Shown: piece after piece, positions 26,801-37,944 of the stretch
How the letters are laid out: every line of letters starts with the position of its first letter
Position numbering within the stretch: the stretch's first letter is position 1
Assembly: GCA_001938485.1 (NCBI GenBank)
Contig: MQRK01236849.1
Coordinates: 1 to 54,797 of the forward strand
Reading direction: 5' to 3'
Source: Girardia tigrina
Taxonomy: Eukaryota
Length of the DNA: 54,797 bases
Made by a program: the position numbers and the translations under genes
Notes under the pieces: generated by a model
What the model saw: only the letters and a program-made list of their open reading frames with translations
Told to the model about the DNA's origin: nothing
Databases searched by the model: none

Positions 26801-29800
26801 AAAATTAATTAAAGATATTTTTTAATTATAATTGCTTAGAAAACTTTTGATTTTAAATATTTCCTTATTTTAGAAAGTCTTTATAAAATTAATTTTTTCA
26901 AAATTTTTAAGAGTGATTCTGTCCTTCACACAGATTAATCGCATTTTATCATTCCAGACTTGAAACCGAAAATTTCTAATAATGTACACATATTTAAAAC
27001 TTAATGAATTAATCGAAATTGCACAACAAATTCAAATAAAAATTCAATTAATAAATAAAAGTTAGATAAACAAGACTGGTCCAGAATTAGATAATAAACC
27101 TCAATCGACGTTTTTAATTTGACAAAAGACCATTTCGATCGGGTTTAGCGTGTACAGATAGATATGTATTACAAACTTTGTAAAAAGATCTCTAATACTA
27201 CTTCAGGTCCGTGATGTTACGTTATGCCTGAATAAACAGTTCCCAGAAGTATGAGGCTCTGTAATACGTTCCCCTAAATTATCAAGAGATTGAATAGAAT
27301 TTTAACTTTTAAAACTATCACGGTACACTTTATGGTTAACCATTCCCTTTCTGTTTGGTGTAGCCATGTGGGTTCATATATGTCAAACACAAGATTTAAA
27401 AAATAACATTTGAGATGACAATAAGCACTAAAATGAATAAAAATATTTTTTGAATTACTAATTTTACTTATACCTGTCACTTAAAACCAAAATTTTATAT
27501 ATATATTATGTATATAATTGGTTTACTTATTTATATTTATATAAAATTAAATACAAAAAAGAAAGGGTTTTTAGTTATCATATGCGACCACTTTCTGAAA
27601 TCTCTTAAAGTCCCATACAATAAAAAATGGAACAGGCGAAAATTATTCCATTCACCATATTAATGAAAATTGTCCGATATTGCTTTACGGTACTATACAC
27701 ATTTTAATTAGTGTTCTTGCATCCATCCTCATTTGCCCATTTATCACAGTCTTTTGATTTATTGTTATTAAAAGACATGATAGTTACAAATGTTTACCAA
27801 TTAATGTAACATAATATTAACTAAAATTAATTAGTTCTTCCAAGCATCACAAGAAGAAAGTGACAAGTCTAGGTGTTCGACGTACCATCATCATAAAATT
27901 TGAAGCGTTAATTATTTTTTCGTACTAAAGCATGTAAAAACAGTCTCCAACTGGTTTCCCAAATTAAAAGTTGTCTTAATATTTATTAGTACGATTAACA
28001 TCTGTTCAATCACTCACTTGGCTCTCATTAATCACGGCAGACTATCGTATATGTATTCTCGACCTAATTCACGGTTGTCTTTTATTTAATATATTATTTC
28101 ATAACACATTCGTGTCACTTTATCCTCACATTTCACAGAAATTAAATCACTTTGAAAATGACTTTTCGTTGCATTTATTTATTATTAATAATAATTATGT
28201 CAATATAAGAATAATAATAAGAATAATCTATTTTCCCGTATCAAGCTGTTTATAGATTTTGTGAAAATAGCTTGACATGAACATAAATTTCTCTAAAAAT
28301 TGTGTATCTTTAACTGAAATCGAAATAAGCTCTATTAGATCAATGTCCAAACAGACCTTTCATCTTCGACTGTCGACAAACAAGTTAAGCAAAAGAGACA
28401 TTAATAAAGTATATAAAATTTCACAAACGTATTTTATAACTATTGTTTGTTTATTTACCCATACAAGCTACTTTATGTTACTGAAGGGAGTAAGTGACTC
28501 TCAAAAGTTTGTAAATCACTTATTTCATCGGTGGCGTTTAATGCCAGAAGGTAAAAGTTTATGTTTGGTTATGCTTTATTTTTATTTTATGTAACAATAT
28601 ATATAACATCTTTAACGGTATGGTTAATACATTTTTCTTTTCCTGGAATATAAATAAAATAAAAGTCATTAGGAATAATTAAATAACTTCATATCTCTTC
28701 AGCATTACTAGATAATTCTTAGTTGATTTTCGCATAAGGAGTTTGTATTATTAATAATATTAGTCATGACAGCTTCATTTGTGTTGGTAAATGAATGTCA
28801 CCTAATTGCCTCTTCTTGACACAATCCCCTAATAAGTAGTTCTCCTTTCAAATACTCTTGACTCACCATCCTCATTAATAATAGAAGTTTTATTTTTAAA
28901 TGAAATGCTTGGTGTTTCTTTTCACAGCAGAAACTGTCGTTCATTTATTAGAGAAATATTTTATCGCCTAATAATATAGTACAAATTCTTTGTCTTATTT
29001 AAAATTAAATCAACATTTAAAGCGTTATATCCATTTTTAATCTTTGAAAGTTTTATAATTTTCTGTGAGCCAAAAGAAAGGATTTTAATATAAAATATAA
29101 TGAAAAGTAATAAATATAAAATTAATTTATTTATTTTTACATCTAGAATTATATCATACTTTGATCAGATAAGTCTTCCTTAAGAAAATTATAATTAATG
29201 ATATTTTAATCCATTCAGACCATAATTATCTTTTCAAGCTGCTAATAAGCAAAGAATATCAATAAAATTGAACAAAGTTAAGGGTTTCCATTTATTATGT
29301 GTGTAAAATACTATAATTGTTTAGTCATATTATTCCATATGATATATATACATAAACAATTGTATTTTAGAGCCTTCAAGCAGTCCGCGGGATTTGAAAC
29401 TTGTAACTCTTGGAACTCCTGATGTTCGTAATAATGACGTATATACGAGAGTCCTCCTGAGCTGGTCTTCTCCTAATAAAAACACCAGTATCAGAAGCGA
29501 TGAAATCTCAAGATACACAATTTATTTTACCATGGATCCCAAAGTAGATTTAAGTAATTGGAATACACAAATTCTTCCTAGCAATCAATTCTCCTCGGAA
29601 ATTAGTTTAAATGGCATTCAGAAGATTTACTATTTCAGATTGGGTTGTAAAACGAAAAATTTCGAGTGTCCATTATCTAGAGTCTTGTTATACAAAACCT
29701 CTGATAGTCTGTTTATTATTAACGTATCACTGTTTTGATTAATTAAGCGTTTTCAGCTCAGAAAAAGAATTACGGTTTACTGAGAATTCCAGAAAAATAT

Positions 29801-32800
29801 CAGTACACGGTAAATATCCCTGATACATATTTAAAAGGTGAACCAGTTGCAACACTGGACGAAGAACCCAAAGACCCACTGACTACGAATAAAGAGGCTT
29901 GGTGGATTATGACAAGCAGTGTATTTGGTGCTGTGACTTTTCTAGTGGTTTTGATTATCTGCATATTTATCTGGCATAGAAGACGGAGTCAATCTTCATT
30001 GTAAGCACTATTTACCACATAACCTTTAATAAACGAATACCATTAATTAGCACTGGTTATAAACTTGGTACCAAGTCATCAATCCAGCATATTGGAGGAG
30101 CGGGATTGCTTTTGTCTAATCAGTCACCGGCTCTCTCAAACGGGAAAGTCAGCCCTCATTATGTCAGTAATTTTAGCCAGTCTCTCAAGACCCCTGACCT
30201 GTTTCCGCACCCTGAACCGCATTTCGGAGATCTGGAAAGTGATAGCAGTGAGTAATTCGGTTTCGACAATTTATTTTTGAAAACACTTACGACTAGTAAA
30301 AATAATGTGTAACTTAATTATTTGGTTAAAGTTACTGTTGCGTTTTTAGAAACAAATTCTGACTACATCGATATTTTTCGTTTTATCATCGTTACTAATT
30401 TGCCGAATAATAATTATTATTACTTCTCGTTGAAATTACATTCTCGGTTCAACCAAACACCAAATAGAACTACTAAAATCTTTACTGATTTATTTTATTG
30501 ATACAAAATTATTTTACGAGATGCAAAATTGAAAAGCGCCAATGATCATGTTTGTGAGTTCAAATAAATATCAAGCGGAGGTCGATGGAGCAAATTCGAG
30601 GATAACAAGTAATCCATCAAGTACCATGGGGTCCACAAGCTATGTTGCCTTTCCCCATTAGACGTTTAGGCTTCAACAGTTGTTTCCCATCAAAGATATG
30701 ATTTTAAAATGACTGTTTAAAAAGTTTGCAACTCTTTGCTTACGCAAAACCTAGCTGGATTTACTTTTACAATAGTTTGTTTAATTCTTTTACAAAAAAT
30801 ACAATGAAAGAGATGTTGCCTTAAAAATATATTTGGTCTGTCGTTATATATATATTATTCGTTACATATATAATATTCCTCTAGCCTAAATCGTCATTGA
30901 AAAACGTATTGAATTTATTTGTGCATTTATAATTGTAAGAATCTTAATGACCGTCGAGTACAAATTGCCGCTGAATAGTTGCCCTCGAATTTTAAGACGC
31001 TGGATCTGCCATGGTTATTAAAAGTCAATTGAAACAGATTACAACACTGCTCTTTAGAGTTCCCCCTGAAAGATAACTATGCTTATATGTTTTGTGTGGT
31101 GTAACAAGGTAATAATGCTTCATAGATCCTTTATCTGTGATTTATTGATCAGCTTAGCTTGTTTACTTAGGTCATCGTATAACTCAGTTCAAAATATCAA
31201 CTTATACTTTCTACTGTACAAAATTGTGATCTTGCATCAATAGGAAATTTGTAGTAAATTTAATGAAATGTTTAATTATAATTTCATTTATATTTTTCAT
31301 GCTTTTTATATAGGCAAATCTTTGTGTATCTGAAATATTGGCACTAGACTGTTTGTCCCATTTGACAGCTCATGTGAACACTCGCCGTATTAATATCCTC
31401 ACTTATGATATCTCTACCACATATACATATGTATATATACAATTTTCCAAAAATTGTTTTCATGTGACAAGATTTATTTAATCTGTCAGGCTAATATTCA
31501 CCAAATAGCTACTACGAAATACCTATGTTTCAATTGGATTTATGCAAATTCTTCACGATTAATCTTGTAAATAAACACTGTAAAGAAATTGTTGAGAAAT
31601 TACTTTGACTGAAAAAAAGTCCATTAATTGATAGAAAAATGAATAAAAAGAGTCATTATTCCTCATTAAAGTGCATAAACTGTCTTCAGTCATTGAACCA
31701 AACCTGGCAACATGCTAATAGACTCTTATTTACCCTTTAAGAATAGTTTCGTGTAAACTAATTTTACAGTTTGGAAAAATTTGTAAATTATATCCGTGAG
31801 GAATGTCCTGAATTGTTTGTTGTTTTATATTTTGTAAGTTGTATGTTGATTCGGATTGTGTCTCTCCTACACAGATGTCTGATTGGTATTTTATTTCCAT
31901 CCTACTAATTAAGATAATTTAATTTAAGTATAATTGTCTAAAATAATTTTCAAATGTAATATTTAAATTTTTGAATGTAATTTTAGATTTTATTATATTA
32001 ATTTAATTTGTACTTTTTTTTAAAATGTTTAGATTTGATTTTAACCAATTAAAGAATGTCGAACTTTTTTTTAAAATGTTTAGATTTGATTTTAACCAAT
32101 TAAAGAATGTCGAATAACGAAAGTAGTTTGAATAATTGTTGTAATGTTGTATTGTAATGACAATTCGACTGGTGATATTAATAAATGTTCGAAAAATCAA
32201 ATTGATGTTGTTAATAATATCGATTATTTAATTATTAACGATATATTTAATATCCATATTAGATTATGTTACCAATTGTAGTAAATTTTAAATTACTTTT
32301 AAAAATCACTGATGATGTAAAATACATCGAAACATGTCCGAAATAATAAAAAGTGCTTTAATCAAATTATTTGTAAATGATCATTTTATATTTATACAAT
32401 ATTAGAAGGGTAGTACGAAGAAAAAAACTAGAATTTTGTAAAATAATTTAGCGTGAAGATTTTTTTTTGGATTTATCTTTCGTACTTTCCTCCTTAGAAT
32501 AAATTATTTTGGAACAACTTTCATGTGTAGCATTGTTTAAAATTAATCTATAATGATAAAAATATGGATTAATATTGCTGTCACTCAAGGATTCTTAAGC
32601 AAAACCCCATTGTAAAAAAATAGCAAATTTCATATAGGCACTTTCATTTTGAAATTTGTTTAAGAAATAATTTTCAAAGTTTTTCGATCAATTTTTGGAA
32701 CTTGTTCATCCATTGGATCATGGATCTAATGGGACGAAAATGCGTGTTGATTTGCTCAAATCATTGATTGGAAAGCCAAGATATTCATTTTATATTATGG

Positions 32801-35185
32801 ATTCACAAGCATGGTCATGATACATTTATTATTGTACTATTTTTATTTTATAATCGAAAACGAAAGAATAATATTAGTCGTCATTAATGCATTATTATGT
32901 TTTTATTTTTATGATGATGTTGTGGTCACAAAAAATACATTTTCTTTTAGATCAAGACAATGATTCTCTTCGATTTGCTTCAGTGTCTCAACATCACCTT
33001 GCTTCCACATCAGGCGTCACAAACATGTTCAATCCGACCATACAGAACCATTCTCTAATCAGATCTCATCCCCAAATGGTCTCAAATTATTATTCTGATA
33101 TGCCAACTCATTCAAAGTCAGCGATCAATGCCAGCACCATTCTTAATCCCTTGATCAACAATAGTATTTCTATTCCTATTCAAATTCAGGGTATGTATTC
33201 GCATAGTTGTTTTCATTTCAATCATATGCACATGATTCATGGTATCCGATGCCGTATTATTCATTATTCTTATTAATCATTTTATAATTTTCTACTTTAC
33301 TGGTATTTATCTGTCTTGATACTCTGTACTTTCTATTTTAGACACTAGCTTACAACGGGCTCCACATCAGACTCCAGTATATTCGTACCAGGGTCATCCA
33401 TTCACGCAACACTTGCTCAGTTCTGGTGCTGGTATGCCGATCTGCTCTTCATCTTGTCTTCAACCAATCCACCTGACCCCACAAATGTTAGCAACACCCC
33501 ACGAGGTGCACAGTCCCACTAACTTTTCAAATACACCCAGAGTCAACGCAAGTGAGTTGGCCTCACACACGAGTTCAGGTAATGTTTGTTACTTTTTTAA
33601 TGTCTGTGTTGGAAATTTCTGAATATTCTTGGGTATTATGACGTGTTCCTGTCGACTAACATTATTTCGATATTACTAATATTTGTCTTTTTAAAATTTA
33701 GTTGATTTGGTTTCATGAATTAAAAAAGTACTTCCTCTCAATATAGTAATCAGATGGACTAGTGACACATGTAATTGTTTTCTTGGTGAATATGACTGGT
33801 TAAAGTCAATGATCACGACTATAATATACTTTGAACTAATTATGATCTACTAATCTTATCTCTTCCTGATATCCACCGGCAATAACAGTGGCTTAAATTA
33901 TTATTAAACTGTTACAATTGAAGACAAGGCAGGATATAAGCAACAATTGTTTTATAAAAAATAAGTAAATATCTCGAATAAAATGAGTCTTCAAAAAAAC
34001 GTTTATTAGGAATAAATCAGTGGAAATAATAACAATACTAATCATTCTAACTGCCTGTACGATTGTTCATAATTTGGAAAACAATTCTTTTATTGCATAG
34101 CTCCAGTAAGTGAATTGATGGTTGACTTTCTAATTTCAGAAGACATCAGGCCCGTGATGAATGGATCTAGAGCAAATGAAAGTGAGTTTTGTATTAATTT
34201 AGAAAATACAAAAGAATTAATCTCTTGGATCTCAGATGACATGTATCCCTACTACGGCAGTGCAGGCAACAGCACCAGCAAGTCCCAAAAGACAGCTGCA
34301 TCCAGCAAGTCTCACGCGGAAACTTTACGGAATCCTGACGTAATCAAATCCGGCATTGATTCGAGTCAATCAGAAAGTGAAGTGGCGGTGAGTAGCATTA
34401 TTATATCTATTGTTATTATTGCAATTATTTCCCTCGGCTTAATTATAATGATGGCATTTATTTTCATTCCAAATATTATTAATTTAATTTTAACATAATA
34501 TATTATAAATTATTTTGATTAAATTTCATTGCATATTTATCAAAACAAATTTTCTCACAACATTAATGCATGTAAACAACAATGTATAATTAATATTAAT
34601 ACCCTTATTTTTAAAAAATTAATAACAAAGAAAGATTAAAAAAGCAATGTTATAATCGACTGAACAAAAAACTTTTCCTGCCGAGACAATGTGAATAAAA
34701 ATGAGTCCCATGAGCCTCGTGAACCGAATGAAACAATGAGAGATTAGAATTTGCTGGACAGGCGAAATTGTGTTTGCACAATGATTGACTTTAAAAAGTT
34801 TGTTATGAAGGAGAGTCGATTTGAAGATATGGCCGGTGGGAAGCGTTTTAATATTATTATCTCAAATTATTTATAAGAATATCACGACATAGGTGAATAA
34901 ATAAATATTTAATATTATTATTCAAAATTGGAAAAGTGTGGTGAAAAATATTATTTAAATTTTTAAATGAATAAATAAATTGGCCATTACTAACAAATAA
35001 ATTCTTGGAAAAATAAAATATATAATTTTAAATATTTCACTTTATAAATATTATAACATTAAAAACACAAAAACAATTAAATCAATATTCAAATATTTTA
35101 CAAATGATAATTTTCGATGATGAAGTATGAAATCTTGAAACGTTCTTAAAACAGCTTTAACTAAATTATTTATTCATTATTATAA

Positions 35186-35242
<57 letters not shown>

Positions 35243-35292
35243 NNNNNNNNNNNNNNNNNNNNNNNNNNNNNNNNNNNNNNNNNNNNNNNNNN

Positions 35293-35346
<54 letters not shown>

Positions 35347-36696
35347 GCTTTCAAAATAAAACATTGTATTATTAAAATATTATGATAATAATATTATTAT
35401 TACATAATAAAATACAACTTTGCACAAATTAATTATTAATTGATGGGTTTGCAAAGTCTTATTGATAATTCATACACAGAAATGAATCGAAGGTTCTGAA
35501 AAACAGAAAACTCATTTATTGAAAAAGAAGAAATTCTATTTTTACAATGTGACCACTTATCGAGAACCTTACTCGAATGCTCGAGTAAGCATTGACTATG
35601 AATGCTCATTATACCAGGTTTTCAGATGACATTTTTTACACCTAAAATTTACTCCCTTGACAATTAAATTTATAAATCAAATTAGTTTGCAATCCACAAT
35701 TCGTTTTCAGTTTATCTGAGAGGAAGCTTTGAACGTTGGATGTCATTGAACTACTTGTCATTACCTATATTCTTGCAAATACTCTACTTAAATGTTTAGA
35801 ATTCACTACAGAATCGAAAATAAATAACACATTTCCTTTTCTAAGATGAAGATCACAAAAGTCATCAAAATACTGTATTCTGAAGGATTATTACTATTAT
35901 ATATGAATTCAAATGTATATGTACACATTTTCATAATTTGATGTCATTCCTAAATTGGTATATTTAGTACTTCTAGTCGCCTAACATCTTCATAAAGGGA
36001 AATAATTAATTCCTGAATGGATTCATTGGCAGTAATTATGTTTCTTTCTTCATTTCCAATGTATAATAGTAACTAAAGACGTAATATTTCATCGCACTTA
36101 TTATTAATGTCGTCTCAGCATTAATTGTACTAACCTAAAACCTAACCTTCACTCTAAAATCCTAAACATAAACCTAAAAGTAATTATATTTCAATAATTG
36201 ATAAATAATTGCAAGTAAATTAATTTTTCATCAAAATTTGCAATCGATTTCTTTTCTTTTTCTCCCAATTTTTGAGAACCTTGTATGGAATAGAAGGGTA
36301 TTGTAATGGATTGTCATGGTAGCAATGTTATCAAAATTATTGTGTGTGAATCATACAGAATATACACCCCTGGATCTTCTCATACATTGCGTACTCTCCA
36401 GGGGAGTATATTTGATATGAATACCAAACTTAATTTTCAATTTTTATCTTAATTTGTCATGTATCTCAAATCGAAATATTTCAACTATCCTCAACATCTA
36501 CTTTATTCAAATATAACACTTATCTTTGATTGTCCTAATTATTAAATGATTGTTACACATTTGCCCTAATTGTTCATTATTGCAACTGTTATTGCAGAAG
36601 GCCTTCAGCACGGAGGAGCTGAGCCAAGAAATGGCCAATCTGGAGGGGCTGATGAAGGATCTGAATGCGATAACTCAGAAAGAATTTGAATGTTAA
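2617..36696 (+). CDS. DCC/fra: DCC/frazzled/neogenin-family netrin receptor, 5'-partial. Exons: 2617-2812, 7245-7423, 18456-18523, 18589-18682, 18774-18993, 19078-19243, 19294-19559, 24790-24961, 25003-25101, 25146-25321, 25378-25528, 29371-29706, 29757-30000, 30051-30247, 32951-33190, 33342-33578, 34140-34181, 34236-34387, 36598-36696
   Basis: All junctions are GT-AG and join in one frame. Ig motifs (DGLYTCQA; C..W..DEGIFQC), five FNIII repeats, a TM helix followed by HRRR, P1-like SLKTPDLFPHPE, and terminal STEELSQEMANLEGLMKDLNAITQKEFEC*, nearly identical to the frazzled P3 as I recall it. A few donors (19559, 25101, 25528, 29706) were chosen on phase and are less certain. Confidence 0.93.
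3461..3626. mobile_element. Foldback/MITE-like long inverted repeat
   Basis: ctttcaacacga...tgtaatattatagcccaaaatattttt...tattttgact / agtcaaaata...aaaaatattttgggctataatattaca...tcgtgttgaaag. Confidence 0.75.
4074..5500 (-). mobile_element. pogo/Tigger-like transposase pseudogene
   Basis: Fragments: LKVSEGWL..IK*RH (CENP-B-type HTH), IYNADETGF, FKGEKCSGGKASK, LLVIGKSEKPRCFKNV, LLPPNTT..MDQGVIQN, TISNCFRKAG; TA-CAGT end at 4072-4077. Confidence 0.85.
5515..6760 (-). mobile_element. mariner element (Hsmar1/cecropia-like); transposase ORF 5591-6637 spanning an N gap
   Basis: WVPHDL, IVTCDEKWILYDN, HPPYSPDLLPTN (third catalytic D appears as N), SRWQKCID; TIR ta-ttaggtttgtcgaaaaataatggtggtttt at 5513; other TIR not found. 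Confidence 0.93.
7245..7423 (+). CDS. DCC/fra: DCC exon: last Ig domain (absent from ORF track)
   Basis: ttccag|ACA...GA|gtaagt; TEILLKCRINDIGSDNKIIWRKNGELMLGNSYIYQNDGYLRISKFLKSDEGIFQCLADN. Confidence 0.9.
7640..8600 (-). mobile_element. 5'-truncated RTE-like non-LTR retrotransposon RT remnant
   Basis: VRQG..SPTLFNLFLERI, GISCGGTRITN, EEEIRNRIGIA, LKAFKMKCYRRMPKITWKEKKTN, KKWTDDLKEW, with frameshifts. Confidence 0.85.
13829..15589 (-). mobile_element. rosa/DD41D-related IS630-Tc1-mariner element (DD38D spacing), nested in the Tc3-like TIR
   Basis: TIRs cagtgcgttcacaaagtaactgtgcacct / aggtgcacagtgactttctgaacgcactg with TA on both sides; KFRETGSV..RSGRP, FFSDE, LSGYVSSQNSRVW, FQQDGA...WPPRSPDLSVLDFYLWG. 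Confidence 0.92.
14531..14863. mobile_element. ~330-bp AT-rich insertion interrupting the DD38D transposase between FSDE and LSGYV
   Basis: Homology stops and resumes either side; weak subterminal inverted similarity (ctattgac..tcaatt / aattgactcaatag). Confidence 0.6.
17460..18120. repeat. AT-rich dispersed repeat, copy 1 (copy 2 at 37945-38520)
   Basis: Shared collinear blocks ttgtaagta..tttatg..actttcattatt, aaaaatttatttaaaatt.tttcataactt.tattaaaat, gaaatgcaaatttaaatt.a.ccctcata. Confidence 0.8.
18456..19559 (+). CDS. DCC/fra: DCC exon cluster (5 exons): end of Ig, first two FNIII domains, long linker
   Basis: SPVKNLRVKAGSFGTLNISW...LVPDSFYKIFVYSVNGSGKS; APNASPTNIRVSKIGSIGAIITWSPPEASQMNGELIGYRL...DLTAGTKYTVQIQASTRGGRGPLS; introns of 50-91 nt. 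Confidence 0.88.
20616..21883 (+). mobile_element. ITmD37E (DD37E) transposon, full-length but frameshifted
   Basis: TIRs aggactgagttcgaaaaatattgctaac / gttagttatatttttcgcactcagtcct with TA on both sides; IMDYET, QLPGQEFY, DLASCHY-(37 aa spacing)-CPELRPIERYW. Confidence 0.9.
22457..22600 (-). mobile_element. Possible Penelope-like RT fragment
   Basis: ..ISLEKTIQKMPFFDVII loosely resembles the PLE RT motif (FT.E.E....LPFLDV). Confidence 0.25.
22755..23497 (+). mobile_element. Ty3/Gypsy integrase remnant with PPT; 3' LTR starts TG at 23498
   Basis: IIDHFSKY, FGAPKEIHFDCGKSF, SPYHHNINGIIERQFRTI, RFEGPYEIIEQ; purine tract aaaaacgggtggga then TGTTGGG. Confidence 0.88.
24168..24263. repeat. Two-copy ~48-bp tandem duplication
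   Basis: aaatatttgtttaaaaaattcaaattgttatagaaataactttttg twice. Confidence 0.85.
24790..25528 (+). CDS. DCC/fra: DCC exon cluster (4 exons): FNIII domains equivalent to DCC FN4 and FN5
   Basis: TSIALQWSHP...YTIKWG...IDNLEFRTQYMIKIIPINDFGEG; IPLNLGINKVGMTWAIITWED...ITGLRSSTSYSFSVRT...WSEWSL; introns of 41, 44 and 56 nt. Confidence 0.88.
29371..30247 (+). CDS. DCC/fra: DCC exon cluster (3 exons): FN6-equivalent, TM helix, juxtamembrane/P1
   Basis: PSSSPRDLKL...YTIYFTMDPKVDLSNW...YYFRL; WWIMTSSVFGAVTFLVVLIICIFIWHRRR; SLKTPDLFPHPE. Confidence 0.9.
32012..32114. repeat. Two-copy ~51-bp tandem duplication
   Basis: tttttttaaaatgtttagatttgattttaaccaattaaagaatgtcgaa twice. Confidence 0.85.
32292..32348 (+). 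ncRNA. Minimal type I hammerhead ribozyme-like motif
   Basis: CTGATGA-tgtaaaatacatc-GAAA-CATG-TC, palindromic stem III (ACATGT) and GUC cleavage triplet; stem I imperfect. Confidence 0.6.
32951..34387 (+). CDS. DCC/fra: DCC cytoplasmic exons (32951-33190, 33342-33578, 34140-34181, 34236-34387), Ser/Pro/His-rich
   Basis: Higher GC than flanks, strong splice sites (gtatgt, gtaatg, gtgagt), phases 1-1-1-1-0 link the P1 exon to the P3 exon. Confidence 0.8.
35189..35342. repeat. (TA)n microsatellite containing an N gap
   Basis: Direct observation. Confidence 0.95.
35626..35844. repeat. ~220-bp dispersed repeat, copy 1 (copy 2 at 41959-42185)
   Basis: atgaca.tttttacacctaaaatttactc...caatccacaattcgttttcagttt..tgagaggaagctttgaac...ctacagaatcgaaaataaataacacatttccttttcta shared. 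Confidence 0.9.
36598..36696 (+). CDS. DCC/fra: DCC terminal exon, P3 motif
   Basis: ttgcag|AAG...TGT TAA; KAFSTEELSQEMANLEGLMKDLNAITQKEFEC*. Confidence 0.95.
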   Translation, partial: KAFSTEELSQEMANLEGLMKDLNAITQKEFEC

Positions 36697-36728
36697 AAAT
36701 GTCACAGATTATTTATTGTAAATTTGTT

Positions 36729-36734
36729 AATAAA
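36729..36734 (+). terminator. Candidate polyadenylation signal of the DCC gene
   Basis: AATAAA about 30 nt after the stop, followed by T/GT-rich sequence; hexamer is common in AT-rich DNA. Confidence 0.45.
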
Positions 36735-37944
36735 GCTTTTTTATTTCAGTTGATTGTTTATAGTTTAGCGTTGGTCGTCGTTTTTTTATATTTTTATTGA
36801 AAGTTCTTTATTGATTTGAATGACAGTGAGGGGCTTTATTCTGTGGCATCAGTGTGTTAGGTGGATATTTTTGTCGCCTGTGAACGGTCCTTCAAATCAC
36901 CACTATTTAAAAATATTTGTTAGGGATACATTGATTTTCGGCAAATTCTCAACTTCTGACCGGCTTCAAATCCCGCAAAATTTATGGACGTTTTTCGTTC
37001 AATGTTTACAAAAATTAGAAACTCTCAAAAATCATGCGCTATTTCATTACAAAACTAAAAATGGTGCTAAAATGAGAACTTAAAAGGAAGAGTTTAAAGA
37101 TACAGTTATAATAATATCTTTGAAAAATCCCTTGATTATAAGTTAAAATATATTACATAATGGATATACGCATCTCAAAGAATAATAAATTATATGTATG
37201 GAGAGTTATTATTAAATGTGCCTTTGTGTGGAGGATAAATAGTTTTAAAAGTATATTATAAAGTGGACTTTATCGAGGCTGGTAAGTTCTACATGAATCA
37301 TTTCTTCGCTTTATGATTAGAATTACAGGTCTAAGGATGAGTGATGTGCCTGTATATTTGAAATGGGTTAAGCTCAGGTGATGATTTCTCCATAATGTAG
37401 TTAACATATGACGAGAATAAAAAGATTATGGGTAATAGTTATAGTGGTTTATGTCATTTTCATTATCAGCAAGTTCACAAATCATTCATATTCAACACAA
37501 AAATATATTACTATAATAAATATAGATTTTCAAATATCTTCGTTAAATAAATTTTTCATTTTGCAAAATTCTTAATTAATTTTGTTTAAATTATAATCCT
37601 AAATTTTCTCTTAATTTTAATTTTTTACATGTAATTTATTTTATTCTAAACCTTGTTTTGAAATTTTTATTTAATTAAACTTGTTATTATTTTTAAAATA
37701 TATACTAATAAAATTATTAAATTTTATTTGGAAACTAATTTTGAAAGAAAATAAAATTAATTTGAATAATTTTTATTAATTTTGTAGTCATATTTTATTA
37801 TAAATTTACAGAAATTTTATGCCGTTTATTATTTTTTAAAAATTCTTATTTAAAAAAATTTATTAATTATTTTCCTGTTGAAATATATTGACTTTTGTTT
37901 ATGTAAGCTTTTAAGATTTTAAATTCTGTTTTTGTTTTATACAA

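Noticed and set aside
29810-29837. gtaaat...aaaag mini-intron inside the TM exon
   Set aside because: 28 nt, below the local intron size and frameshifting; the unspliced frame is open.
34388-34498. Second transmembrane-like segment (VSSIIISIVIIAIISLGLII..) in ORF 34115-34498
   Set aside because: Read-through past a strong gtgagt donor into ATT-rich intron; hydrophobicity follows from base composition.
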